This document shows, piece by piece, positions 19,176-28,664 of a stretch of 64,000 bases of DNA. Each line of letters begins with the position of its first letter. The first letter of the stretch is position 1. A program made the translations under genes and the position numbers. Source of the DNA: Acidobacteriota bacterium (GTDB taxonomy: Bacteria > Acidobacteriota > Thermoanaerobaculia > Gp7-AA8); contig JAFATB010000025.1 in the NCBI GenBank assembly GCA_019244185.1, positions 160,001-224,000 of the forward strand, written 5' to 3'. Under the pieces are notes generated by a model. That model saw nothing but the letters and a program-made list of their open reading frames with translations. It had not been told where the DNA came from and searched no databases.

Positions 19176-22100
19176 ATGCTCGTCCCCTTCCGTCCCCGCC
19201 CTCGCCACCCCCTCCGCCCCTACGCCGAGCTCCGCGCCTCCTCTTCCTTCTCCTTTCTCAACGGCGCCTCGCTCCCCGAGGACCTCGTCTACCACGGGCT
19301 CGAACGCGGGCTCGAGGCGATGGCGATCGTCGATGCGAATGGGCTCTACGGTGCGCCGCGGTTTCATACGGCGGCAAAGAAAAACGGGATGCGGGCGATC
19401 ATCGGGGCGGAGCTGACGCTCGATGAAACGAAAACGGGCTTGCGCGTCGCCACGCCGCCGCGCGAGGTGCGGGTCACGGTGCTCGTCGAGAACCGCGCGG
19501 GCTACAAGAACCTCTGCAAGCTGCTGACGGCGGGCGCGCTCGGGCGGCCGAAAGGCGAAGCGCGCTACACGTGGGAGCTCATCGAGCAGTACGCGGGCGG
19601 ACTGCGGTGTCTCACGGGCGGCGATGAAGGTCCGATCGCGGACGTCGCGAACGCGGAAACGGCACTGCACAAGATCAGCGGCATCTTTCCGGGACGTACG
19701 CACGTCGAGCTGCAGCGGCATCAGCGGCGCGACGAAGAGCATCGGAACATCGCCCTCGTCGATCTCGCGCGGCGCCTGCGTCTGCCGCTCCTCGCCACGA
19801 ACGGTGTCCGCTACGCGCGCCGCGAAGACAAGGAGCTGCACGACATCCTCACCTGCATCCGCGAGGGGCGCAACGTCGACACCGCCGGCCGGCTCCTCGG
19901 CGTCAACCGCGAACGCCACATCAAGAGCGCCGCCGAGATGACCGCGCTCTTCGCCGACTTGCCCGAAGCCATCGACGGAGCGTGGGAGCTCGCGAACACG
20001 CTCGACTTCACGCTCTCGGACCTCGGCTATCAGTTTCCCGACTACCCGCTTCCTCCGGGCGAGACGAACGACTCGTTTCTGCGCAAGATCACGTGGAACT
20101 CCGCCAAGGCGCGGTTTCGTCCGCTGACCGGCAAGGCGCAGCTGCAGCTCGAGAAAGAGCTGAACATGATCGAGAAGCTGCAGCTCGCCGGCTACTTCCT
20201 CATCGTCTGGGACATCGTGCAGTTCTGCAACCGCGAGAAGATCCTCGTGCAGGGGCGCGGCTCCGCGGCGAACAGCGCCGTGTGCTACGCGCTCGGCATC
20301 ACCGCGGTCGATCCCGTGAAGATGGACCTGCTCTTCGAGCGCTTCCTCTCCGAAGAGCGCGGCGAGTGGCCGGACATCGATCTCGATCTGCCGTCCGGCA
20401 GCCAGCGCGAGCGCGTCATCCAGCACGTCTACGAGCGCTACGGACAGCACGGCGCGGCGATGACGGCGAACGTCATCACATACCGCGACCGCAGCGCCGC
20501 GCGCGAAGTCGGCAAGTCGCTCGGCTTCTCGCTCGAACAGGCGGACAAACTCTCGAAGTGCGTCAGCACCTGGAACTTCGGCGAGATCCGCGAAAAGATC
20601 GAGAACCTGCCCGAACAGCTCGCGCTGAGCGGCTTCGATCCCGAGGACCTGCGCGTGCAGCACTTCATGCGGTTGTATCTGCAGATCCAGAATCTGCCGC
20701 GGCACATGGGGCAGCATTCGGGCGGAATGGTGCTCGCGAAAGGGCGCCTCGACGAGGTCGTGCCGCTCGAGCCGGCGTCGATGCCGGGTCGCGTCGTCAT
20801 TCAATGGGATAAGGAAGACTGCGCCGATCTCGGCATCATCAAAGTCGATCTCCTCGGCCTGGGGATGCTCGCCGCGATCGAAGAGATGATCCCGACGATC
20901 GCCACGTGCGAGAAGAAGGAAGTCGATCTCGCGCATCTGCCGGAGAACGATCCGCGCGTCTACAAGATGCTCAACGAGGCCGACACCATCGGCATGTTCC
21001 AGGTCGAGAGCCGCGCGCAGATGGCGTCGCTGCCCCGCAATGCTCCGAAGTGTTTCTACGACATCGTCGTGCAGGTCGCCATCATCCGACCCGGTCCGAT
21101 CGTCGGCGGCATGATCAAGCCGTTCTTCGATAGGCGCCAGGGCCGCGCGCTGGTCGAGTATCCGCATCCGTGTCTCGAGCCGATCCTCGCGCGCACGCTC
21201 GGCGTGCCGCTGTTTCAGGAGCAGCTCTTGCGCATCGCCATGGTCGCCGCGGGCTTCACCGGCGGCGAGGCGGAAGAGCTGCGGCGCGCGATGGGCTTCA
21301 AGCGCTCGATGGACCGCATGCGCGACATCGAGACGCGGCTCCGCGACGGCATGACGAAGAACGGAATCGGTGAGGCCGCGCAGGATCAGATCGTGAAGTC
21401 GATCACCTCGTTCGCGCTCTACGGCTTCCCCGAGTCGCACGCGGCGAGCTTCGCGCTCATCGCGTATGCGAGCGCGTACCTCAAGGCGCATCATCCCGCC
21501 GCGTTCTACATGGCGCTGCTCAACGCGTGGCCGATGGGCTTCTATCATCCGGCCACGCTGATCAAAGACGCGCAGCGTCACGGCGTGAAGGTGTTTCCCG
21601 TCGACGTCAACAAATCCGGCTGGAAGTGTTGCTGGGAAAACAACGGCGTGCGCCTCGGCTTCCGCTTCGTCAAAGGACTGCGCGAGTCGAGCGGACGCCG
21701 CGTCGAAGCGGCGCAGCCGTTCACGGGCACGGACGATCTCGCGCGCCGCGCCGCGCTGCGCGACGATCAGCTGACGAAGCTCGCCTACGCCGGCGCGCTC
21801 GCAACGTTCGGCATGACGCGGCGCGCCGCGCTCTGGCAGGCGTCATACGCGGCGAAGGATGCGGGCGAGCTGTTCGAACGCGCGCCGGAAGCGCAGCAGG
21901 ACTCGCCGCTGCCGGAGATGTCGATGGTCGAGGAGACACTGACCGACTACCAGTCGATGGAGCTCACCACCGGCCGGCATCTCCTCGAGCACTTCCGCCC
22001 GCGGCTGCGCAAGGAAGGCGTGCTGACCGCGACGCAGCTGAAACAGGTGCCGAACGGCAGCCGCGTCGTCACCGCCGGCGCGGTCATCGTCCGCCAGCGT

Positions 22101-22331
22101 CCCGGCACCGCGAAAGGCTTCGTCTTCCTCACGCTCGAAGACGAGACCGGCCTCTCGCAGGCCATCGTCAATCCACCGCTCTTCGCCGAACAGCGCACCA
22201 CCATTCTCGCCAACTCCGGCCTCATCGTCGAAGGCATCGTGCAGAACCAGGAAGGACAAGCCTCCGTGCGCGCGGAACGTTTCTGGCCGCTCGACGGCAT
22301 GCACGACGTGCAGAGCTACGACTTTCACTGA
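19176..22331 (+). CDS. dnaE2: error-prone DNA polymerase DnaE2
   Basis: YAEL..SSFSFLNGASLPEDL, QGRGSAANSAVC, PDIDLD, FQVESRAQM, YGFPESHAASF, RQRPGTAKG and C-terminal SYDFH. Confidence 0.96.
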   Translation: MLVPFRPRPRHPLRPYAELRASSSFSFLNGASLPEDLVYHGLERGLEAMAIVDANGLYGAPRFHTAAKKNGMRAIIGAELTLDETKTGLRVATPPREVRVTVLVENRAGYKNLCKLLTAGALGRPKGEARYTWELIEQYAGGLRCLTGGDEGPIADVANAETALHKISGIFPGRTHVELQRHQRRDEEHRNIALVDLARRLRLPLLATNGVRYARREDKELHDILTCIREGRNVDTAGRLLGVNRERHIKSAAEMTALFADLPEAIDGAWELANTLDFTLSDLGYQFPDYPLPPGETNDSFLRKITWNSAKARFRPLTGKAQLQLEKELNMIEKLQLAGYFLIVWDIVQFCNREKILVQGRGSAANSAVCYALGITAVDPVKMDLLFERFLSEERGEWPDIDLDLPSGSQRERVIQHVYERYGQHGAAMTANVITYRDRSAAREVGKSLGFSLEQADKLSKCVSTWNFGEIREKIENLPEQLALSGFDPEDLRVQHFMRLYLQIQNLPRHMGQHSGGMVLAKGRLDEVVPLEPASMPGRVVIQWDKEDCADLGIIKVDLLGLGMLAAIEEMIPTIATCEKKEVDLAHLPENDPRVYKMLNEADTIGMFQVESRAQMASLPRNAPKCFYDIVVQVAIIRPGPIVGGMIKPFFDRRQGRALVEYPHPCLEPILARTLGVPLFQEQLLRIAMVAAGFTGGEAEELRRAMGFKRSMDRMRDIETRLRDGMTKNGIGEAAQDQIVKSITSFALYGFPESHAASFALIAYASAYLKAHHPAAFYMALLNAWPMGFYHPATLIKDAQRHGVKVFPVDVNKSGWKCCWENNGVRLGFRFVKGLRESSGRRVEAAQPFTGTDDLARRAALRDDQLTKLAYAGALATFGMTRRAALWQASYAAKDAGELFERAPEAQQDSPLPEMSMVEETLTDYQSMELTTGRHLLEHFRPRLRKEGVLTATQLKQVPNGSRVVTAGAVIVRQRPGTAKGFVFLTLEDETGLSQAIVNPPLFAEQRTTILANSGLIVEGIVQNQEGQASVRAERFWPLDGMHDVQSYDFH

Positions 22332-22386
22332 CGCGCCGGCGCCGATCGGCAAGCGCACAGATTCGAGGGCGCTTACAATCGTGTGC

Positions 22387-23460
22387 ATGAGCACGAATCC
22401 GCTCGTGCCGGTCACGCCGGTCGCGGTCTCGCCCGAGCCGCGGCGGCGGATCGCGTGGGAAGAAGCGGTGGCGTACGCGATCATCGGCGCGCTGGTGCTC
22501 TTCGCGCTGATGCAGCACCTCGCGGCGGCCGTGATCGTCGGCCTGATGCTCTACCGCATCCTCGACCGCTTGTCCGAGCGCTTCCGCGGGCGCATGTCGC
22601 ACGGCGTCGTGCGTCCGCTGGCGTTGCTGATCGTGACGACGGCGACGGCGGCGATCGTCGCGGCGGCGGTCGCGCTCATCGTGACGATGCTGCGCCGCGG
22701 CGCCGCGAACGTGCCGGAGATGATGGAGCGCATGGCCGAGATCCTCGGATCGGTGCGGCTGTGGCTCGGCGGGCTCGGACGGCAGTTCATCCCCGAAGTG
22801 ATGACCGATGCCGAAGACTTCAAGGCGGTGATCGTGGCGTGGCTGAAGACGCACGCGCAGACGCTGCGCGCCGGCAGCGTGTGGCTGGGCATCGGCCTGG
22901 TGCACATGATCATGGGCAGTCTCATGGCGATCCTGGTCTTCTTCCGCCATGTCACGCATCACGATTCCGAGGATCGCGGACCGCTGGCGCGCCACCTCGT
23001 GGAGAAAGTGGGGCGCTTCGCGGAGGCGTTCTCGCAGATCGCCGTGGCGCAGGTGAAGATCTCGGCGGTCAACACTTCGCTCACCGGCATCTACCTGCTC
23101 GTCGTGCTGCCGCTGTTCGGAATCGAGATTCCGTTCCGCACCACGCTGGTCGTGATCACCTTCCTCTGCGGCCTCATCCCGGTGCTCGGCAACCTCATCT
23201 CGAACACCGTCATCACGATTCTGTCGATGGGCGTCTCGATGGGCACCGCGTTCGCGTCGCTCGCGTTTCTCGTCGTCATCCACAAGCTCGAGTACCTGAT
23301 CAACTCGCGCATCGTGGGCGGCGAGACGGACTCGCAGGCGTGGGAGATCCTCCTGGCGATCATCGTCGGCGAGGCGGCGTTCGGCGTGAGCGGCGTAGTC
23401 ATGGCGCCGATCGTTTACGCATTCATCAAGCGCGAGCTGCGCGAACACGCGCTCGTTTAG
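22387..23460 (+). CDS. AI-2E family transporter
   Basis: Multi-TM protein with AQVKIS, GLIPVLGNLISN and HKLEYLINSRIVG. Confidence 0.85.
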   Translation: MSTNPLVPVTPVAVSPEPRRRIAWEEAVAYAIIGALVLFALMQHLAAAVIVGLMLYRILDRLSERFRGRMSHGVVRPLALLIVTTATAAIVAAAVALIVTMLRRGAANVPEMMERMAEILGSVRLWLGGLGRQFIPEVMTDAEDFKAVIVAWLKTHAQTLRAGSVWLGIGLVHMIMGSLMAILVFFRHVTHHDSEDRGPLARHLVEKVGRFAEAFSQIAVAQVKISAVNTSLTGIYLLVVLPLFGIEIPFRTTLVVITFLCGLIPVLGNLISNTVITILSMGVSMGTAFASLAFLVVIHKLEYLINSRIVGGETDSQAWEILLAIIVGEAAFGVSGVVMAPIVYAFIKRELREHALV

Positions 23461-23485
23461 CCGATAATGTCGGCGAGAGGTCCAA

Positions 23486-25546
23486 ATGCTCCGATTCGAT
23501 CGATGGGTGGGCGTGGTGTGCGCGGTGGCGCTGCCGTGGATTGCGGCGGCGCAGAACAAGCTCGTGATCGCGGGCGGCGTTTACGAAGACCGTCCGGCGC
23601 TGGCCGTGCGCGGCAACTTCACGCCCATCCGCAACGCGGCGGTGAAGCTCTATCGCGGCGGCGCATATCTCTCGTCGACGCGCACCGACGCGGCCGGCCT
23701 CTACGCGTTCCCGCTCGTGAGCGGCGGCGAGTACACGGTGGCGATCGACTCGCGCTCGTTCGGTGAGAACGCGTGGGCGGAACAGACCTTCGGCCCCTCG
23801 GGCGCGCGCTGCGCGCAGCCCGACGGCTCGACGCGCATGCAGTTCTTCGAAGGCGCATGCTTCGGCGGAAAGAGTGGCGCGAGCGACGACGCGTCGACAC
23901 TCGCCACGTCCGAGCACATCGCCGTCGTCACCGTGCGCGACACGCCGGCCACCGCCGTCGACTTCGCGTTCAGCTACGACGTCGTGACCTCGACGAATGA
24001 CGGCGAGCGCATCCAGGGCTCGCTCCGCCAGTTCCTCCTCAACGCCAACGCGATCGGCGGACCCGATCGCATGCGCTTCGTGCCCACCTCACGCGCGCCC
24101 GAGCAGCGGCAGCCGATCGTCGGCGTGCCGCCGCGCTGGTGGATGATCACGTGCCTGTCGCCGCTGCCGCAGTTGCAGGACGCCGACACGGTCGTCGATG
24201 GCAGCGCGTACAACTTTCTCTCCCCCGACACGTTCGCGAATCCGAACCCCGGCCGCCTCGGCGAGCCTCCGACGCTGAAGGCCGAGGATCGCTCCGCGCA
24301 GCGCATCGAAAAGCCGGAGCTCGAGATCGTCGCCAGCGGACCCGAAGGTCTCGTCTGCAACGCGCGTTGCGTCGTGTACGGTCTCGCGCTGCACGGCGCG
24401 CCCGCGGCCATCGTCACGCGCGCCGACGCGCGCGTCGAGAACGTGATCCTCGGCGGCGCGCCCGACGCCGCGTACACGCAGAACGGCGAAGTCGGACTGC
24501 AGGTGGAGCGCGGCACGACGATCGCGCGGCAGGTGCTCGTCACCGCGCAGACGCGCGGCGGCGTGATCGTCGCGCCCGGCGCGCGCATCGACGCCGAACA
24601 TCTCGACGTCAGCCGCTGTGGCGGTCCCGAGACCGGCGGCGGCATCGTGCTGCTCTCCGACGGCTCGTCGATCCGCGCGTCCGTCGTCACGCAGAATCCC
24701 GGCGCGGGCGTGCTCGTCGGCTCCGGACAGTCACCGGCGAGCGGCAACACCATCGACGGCAACACGATCAGCTCGAACCAGGCCGGCATCATTCTGTGGG
24801 CCGGCTCGTCGCGCAACACGGTCACGCACAACGACATCATGTGGAACCGTCTCGGCGGCGTGACCATCGCGCCGTACACGAACGCGCCGCCGCACGAGAA
24901 CCGCCTCAGCGCGAACCGCTTCGACGAGAACGGTCTCCGCCCGATCATCCTCAACCTCGGCAGCACCGATCCGAACGTGCTCGCGCGCAGCGAGGGCTCG
25001 TGCAACTCCATCGCGAACGCCGCGAACCTCGGCATCGCGCCGCCGCAGATCACCAGCGTGCAGATGGTCACCGACAACGGCAACGCCGTGCGCGTCGTCG
25101 TACGCGGCAAAGCGTGCCGCGGCCAGATCGTCGAGCTGTATCAGTCCTTCGTGACATCCGGCGTGCGCGAGGAATCGCCCGACCTGCCGCGCGTCCGCAA
25201 CGAGAAGAACAGCCGCGGCGAGACGCTGACGAACGACAACCGCACGCAGGGACTGCCGTCCATCGGCGAGTTCAACTACGTCGGCGCGACGAACGCCGGC
25301 GCCGACGGGACGTTCGAAGCCTCGTTCCCGCTCGTCGACACCAACGGCATGCCGCGCGACAACGGAAACGCGCAGAAGAGCGAGACGAACGAGGAGACCG
25401 ACATCTGGGCGCGCGACCTCCTGCGCGGCGCGCATCCGAACGAGCGCGCGTTCTCCGCCGTCGCCATCGATCCCGTGGGCAACACGTCGGAGATGAGCGT
25501 GCGCAGGCAGGTGGACCGCTCAAAAGAGGAGCGCGCAGAAAGATAG
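23486..25546 (+). CDS. secreted right-handed beta-helix repeat protein with N-terminal SdrD-B-like domain
   Basis: Signal peptide, TRTDAAGLYAF, VTSTND...GSLRQF, Asn-ladder repeats (GNTIDGNTISSN, RNTVTHNDIMWN), GNTSEMS end. Confidence 0.7.
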   Translation: MLRFDRWVGVVCAVALPWIAAAQNKLVIAGGVYEDRPALAVRGNFTPIRNAAVKLYRGGAYLSSTRTDAAGLYAFPLVSGGEYTVAIDSRSFGENAWAEQTFGPSGARCAQPDGSTRMQFFEGACFGGKSGASDDASTLATSEHIAVVTVRDTPATAVDFAFSYDVVTSTNDGERIQGSLRQFLLNANAIGGPDRMRFVPTSRAPEQRQPIVGVPPRWWMITCLSPLPQLQDADTVVDGSAYNFLSPDTFANPNPGRLGEPPTLKAEDRSAQRIEKPELEIVASGPEGLVCNARCVVYGLALHGAPAAIVTRADARVENVILGGAPDAAYTQNGEVGLQVERGTTIARQVLVTAQTRGGVIVAPGARIDAEHLDVSRCGGPETGGGIVLLSDGSSIRASVVTQNPGAGVLVGSGQSPASGNTIDGNTISSNQAGIILWAGSSRNTVTHNDIMWNRLGGVTIAPYTNAPPHENRLSANRFDENGLRPIILNLGSTDPNVLARSEGSCNSIANAANLGIAPPQITSVQMVTDNGNAVRVVVRGKACRGQIVELYQSFVTSGVREESPDLPRVRNEKNSRGETLTNDNRTQGLPSIGEFNYVGATNAGADGTFEASFPLVDTNGMPRDNGNAQKSETNEETDIWARDLLRGAHPNERAFSAVAIDPVGNTSEMSVRRQVDRSKEERAER

Positions 25547-25557
25547 CTGCGCGCTCG

Positions 25558-25968
25558 CTACCGCCGCGCGAGCCGCTGCACCACGCGCGTCGTCAGCCGC
25601 AGCATCGTCAACGCGATCCCGCGCGCGCGGCGCACGCGCACGCGGCGGCCGTCGCGTTCGGCAAATGCCACGCGGCCGAGGAGCTGATCGAATGAAGCGG
25701 GAGGATCGTCGGCGGGCGCGTTGTCGCCTCGCGTGACGAGCGTCGTCGCATCGATGCGCAGCACGCGGTGCGCGGTGAGGCCGCGGGCGGCGCGGGTGAG
25801 CACGACGTCGCCGCGCGCGATCGACGCGGGATGCGCGGGCACGACGTGCAGCAGATCGTCGCCGTGAATCAGCGGATGCATGCTGTCGCCGCGCGCGCGG
25901 AACTGCACCTCGTGGCCTCGCCCGAGAAGATCGGCGATGAGATCCGCGGCATCGACCGCGGAGGTCAT
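25558..25968 (-). CDS. S24/S26-family peptidase
   Basis: FRARGDSMHPLI..GD, GDVVL...AHRV (Ser-His), TRGDN. ATGA-coupled to the upstream gene. Confidence 0.85.
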   Translation of the reverse strand: MTSAVDAADLIADLLGRGHEVQFRARGDSMHPLIHGDDLLHVVPAHPASIARGDVVLTRAARGLTAHRVLRIDATTLVTRGDNAPADDPPASFDQLLGRVAFAERDGRRVRVRRARGIALTMLRLTTRVVQRLARR

Positions 25969-26846
25969 GACGCGGCGCCGCCGAGGACGAGCTCGATGAC
26001 GCTCGGGTCGCGTACGAACTGCAGCTCGCGCACGGCCACGCGCGACGCGAGCCGTTGCAGGAAGCCGAGCGTGAAGTCGAGCGCGTGCGCATCGTGGAAG
26101 AGCGGAAACGTGCAGCGGAAGAGACGCGCCACCGCTTCCGCGTCGCTGAGATCGCGCAGCGCATTCGATGTCGCCTGCGTCAGCAGATACACGCCGGCCA
26201 GCGGCACGCCCGTGTTGATCGAGAGCTCCGCCTCGCCGTGCCACGGCGTGCCGTACATCCAGTACGCGCCGTCGCGCTCGCGGACGATCACGCGGTCGTC
26301 GCTGACGATCGCGGCCGCGGTTCCTTCCCACAGCCGCGCGGTGGTCGTCTTCCCCGCGCCGGAGACGCCGACGAAGAGCTGGCCGCGGCCTTCGCCGTCG
26401 ATGACGCCGCACGAATGCAGTTCCACGCCGCGGCCGCGCGCGAGCAGGTTCGCGACGAGCACTTCATCGAGCGGATAGTCGAGCGGATTGAGCGAGGCGA
26501 CGTCGGGACGCAGCTGAATCGTTCCGCGCGCGAACTCCGCATCGAACGTCGCGATCTTGTACGGCGTATCGCCGAAGGCTTCCGATCGGCAGTCGATGCG
26601 GAAGCCGTCGCCGTCGCGGTAGAGGCGCCAGACCGCGTCGGAATCGAAGATCAGCTCCGCGGGCGGCGGAGGGGACGCGTCCATCAGCACGACGTCGAGC
26701 GTGAGATCCGGCGTCACGCCGGAGACGGACTGCGGCGGCACGAGGAACCGGCTCACCGGCTCGTGCCACTTCCACGCGATGCGCTCGTCCTCGCAGCGCA
26801 CGGCGATGGTGATCGCCGCGATCTGCAGGAACGACGCGCGCGGCAC
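25965..26846 (-). CDS. HPr kinase-like P-loop protein
   Basis: LHSCGV, GVSGAGKTT Walker A, SDDRVIVR and YGTPWHG. Confidence 0.8.
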   Translation of the reverse strand: MPRASFLQIAAITIAVRCEDERIAWKWHEPVSRFLVPPQSVSGVTPDLTLDVVLMDASPPPPAELIFDSDAVWRLYRDGDGFRIDCRSEAFGDTPYKIATFDAEFARGTIQLRPDVASLNPLDYPLDEVLVANLLARGRGVELHSCGVIDGEGRGQLFVGVSGAGKTTTARLWEGTAAAIVSDDRVIVRERDGAYWMYGTPWHGEAELSINTGVPLAGVYLLTQATSNALRDLSDAEAVARLFRCTFPLFHDAHALDFTLGFLQRLASRVAVRELQFVRDPSVIELVLGGAAS

Positions 26847-27031
26847 TACGAGCCTTTGCTGAAGCAGTTCGTGACGCTCTGGCAGCCGATGCCGCTGGGG
26901 CCGGTCGAGGAGGTCGACTTGCAGAAGCCGAGGACGGCTTCCTCGGGGCGCAGCGGAAAGCGGGTCACTACCGGCTTCTCGTACGGCTTTTTGTCGTCGC
27001 GGGTTCCGGGTTGCCTTGGCTTGGTCATCAT
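26846..27031 (-). CDS. putative RiPP precursor peptide (61 aa)
   Basis: AAGAGGGG RBS. Leader KKPYEKPVV..PLRPEEAVL carries a YxxP RRE-binding-type motif. Cys/Ser/Gly-rich core GFCKSTSSTGPSGIGCQSVTNCFSKGS. Confidence 0.8.
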   Translation of the reverse strand: MMTKPRQPGTRDDKKPYEKPVVTRFPLRPEEAVLGFCKSTSSTGPSGIGCQSVTNCFSKGS

Positions 27032-27047
27032 TCCCCTCTTCGAACTG

Positions 27048-28310
27048 CTATCGAGCGTGACAGCTGCCGCACGAGCCGCTGCCGCATGCGGATGCGGCTG
27101 CCACGGCTGCCGGCGTCGCGGCGATCGTCGCCGCCACGTCACGTCCACCAGAGTGTACTCGTTCCACGAGATCCATGAGCTCGCCGCGGTGCGAGCCGTC
27201 GGGGCAGTACTCGCAATCGCCGTGCTCGGGCACTGCCACCTCGAACACTTCCGCGCGCAGATGCGCGGTGCGGCAGAGGAAGTCGACCGGCGCCTCGGGA
27301 TCGCCCGTTTCGAGCTCCGCGTTCGCCGCGCACGAGCCGCAGAGCGACTTGAGCGCGCAGCGCGTGCACTTCGTCACGCGCGTCGTCGGACGCTTGCGGA
27401 CGTTCTGCAGAAAGTGCTCCCACCCTTCGCGCACCGAGCCGTCGCGCACGTTGTACTTGTCGACGTGCGACAGCACGCAGATGGTCATGTCGCCGTACGG
27501 ATCGATGGCGAACGAGTTCACGCCGCCGCCGCATTCGTACAGCATGCGCGTCTCGCCTTCGGCCGGCAGCGGCGGCGCGCATTCGACCGCGAGGCGCCGC
27601 CATTCGGAGATGCGCTCCGGATCGTCGAGATCGAGCGCGACGACGTCCGCGGGCGAGAGCCGCACCGCGAGCGGGCTCGACGAGCAGTCGATGCGCGGAT
27701 TGATCATCGGGTCGAACTTGAACTCGACGCCGAGCTCCTCGGCGAAGCGCTTCATCGACGGGATCTCGTGCTTGTTGATCGTCAGCGCGACCGTCTTCAG
27801 TTTCAGCGGCAGCTTGCGATCGAGCAGCAGATGAATGCCGCGGATGCACTTCTCGAACGAGCCGGGGATGCCGGTCAGCGACTCGTAGGTCGCTTTCGTG
27901 CGGCCGTAGAGCGTGATCTCGATGTCGAACGGCGGATGCTCGACGAGGAAGTCGGCGATGCGTTCCGTGATCAGCGTGCCGTTCGTGAACAGCGTGATCA
28001 GGAAGCCTTTGTCTTTCGCGTAGCGGTAGATCTCGAGGAAATCCGCGCGCGCGAAAATCTCGCCGCCGCTGAAGAGCAGCCAGAGGCAGCCGAGCTCGAA
28101 GAGCTCGTCGAGGACGCGCTTGTGCTCTTCCGTCGACAGCTCGCGGCGCCGCGCGGCGCCGTCGTTCATCGGCAGGTTGTTGTAGCAGTGCGCGCATTCG
28201 AGCGGGCAGCGGTTCGTGATCTCGATCGTGCCGCTCACCGGAAGGCGCAGCGGATTCACTTCCTCGAAGACGATGCGGCTGAAGTCGGTGTAAGCCTGGG
28301 TCTCGATCAT
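27048..28310 (-). CDS. radical SAM / SPASM domain peptide maturase
   Basis: CPLECAHC (CX3CX2C), SGGE, FTNG, SPASM cysteines CGGG...C...CTRCALKSLCGSC...C. Confidence 0.92.
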   Translation of the reverse strand: MIETQAYTDFSRIVFEEVNPLRLPVSGTIEITNRCPLECAHCYNNLPMNDGAARRRELSTEEHKRVLDELFELGCLWLLFSGGEIFARADFLEIYRYAKDKGFLITLFTNGTLITERIADFLVEHPPFDIEITLYGRTKATYESLTGIPGSFEKCIRGIHLLLDRKLPLKLKTVALTINKHEIPSMKRFAEELGVEFKFDPMINPRIDCSSSPLAVRLSPADVVALDLDDPERISEWRRLAVECAPPLPAEGETRMLYECGGGVNSFAIDPYGDMTICVLSHVDKYNVRDGSVREGWEHFLQNVRKRPTTRVTKCTRCALKSLCGSCAANAELETGDPEAPVDFLCRTAHLRAEVFEVAVPEHGDCEYCPDGSHRGELMDLVERVHSGGRDVAATIAATPAAVAAASACGSGSCGSCHAR

Positions 28311-28624
28311 CGCGACGTCACCACCTCGGATACCAGCGACACTGCTGCCAAGTCCGTCAGCGTCTGTACGACGTCGGCGGATGCGGTCGCTTCATCGACG
28401 TCGTATTCGCCGCAGAGCTCGGCCGCGATCGCATCGACGGAACGCGTGCCGTCGGCCAGTTCCCAGATGCGCGCGGCGACGGGCGAGAGCGTGTAGACGA
28501 AGTCGAGGTTGCCGACGTTGTTCCGCACCGGCACGAGGATCGACTCGGCGCCCACCTTCCGGCAGACCACGTCCGCCGTGCGCCGAAATACATAAGTCCC
28601 ATCGATCTCAATCGTTTCCGGCAT
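28307..28624 (-). CDS. PqqD-family RiPP recognition element
   Basis: ESILVP...YTLSPVAARIWELADG..SV..I...LC.EYDVD...A..DV. Confidence 0.9.
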   Translation of the reverse strand: MPETIEIDGTYVFRRTADVVCRKVGAESILVPVRNNVGNLDFVYTLSPVAARIWELADGTRSVDAIAAELCGEYDVDEATASADVVQTLTDLAAVSLVSEVVTSR

Positions 28625-28664
28625 GTCCCTCGACCCGGTTTGCATGATGCCACAGCGCGCGTGA

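Noticed and set aside
25558-28624. Lasso peptide or PQQ biosynthesis cluster
   Set aside because: There is no lasso cyclase or transglutaminase-like B2 protease, no pqqB/pqqC, and no ExxxY core.
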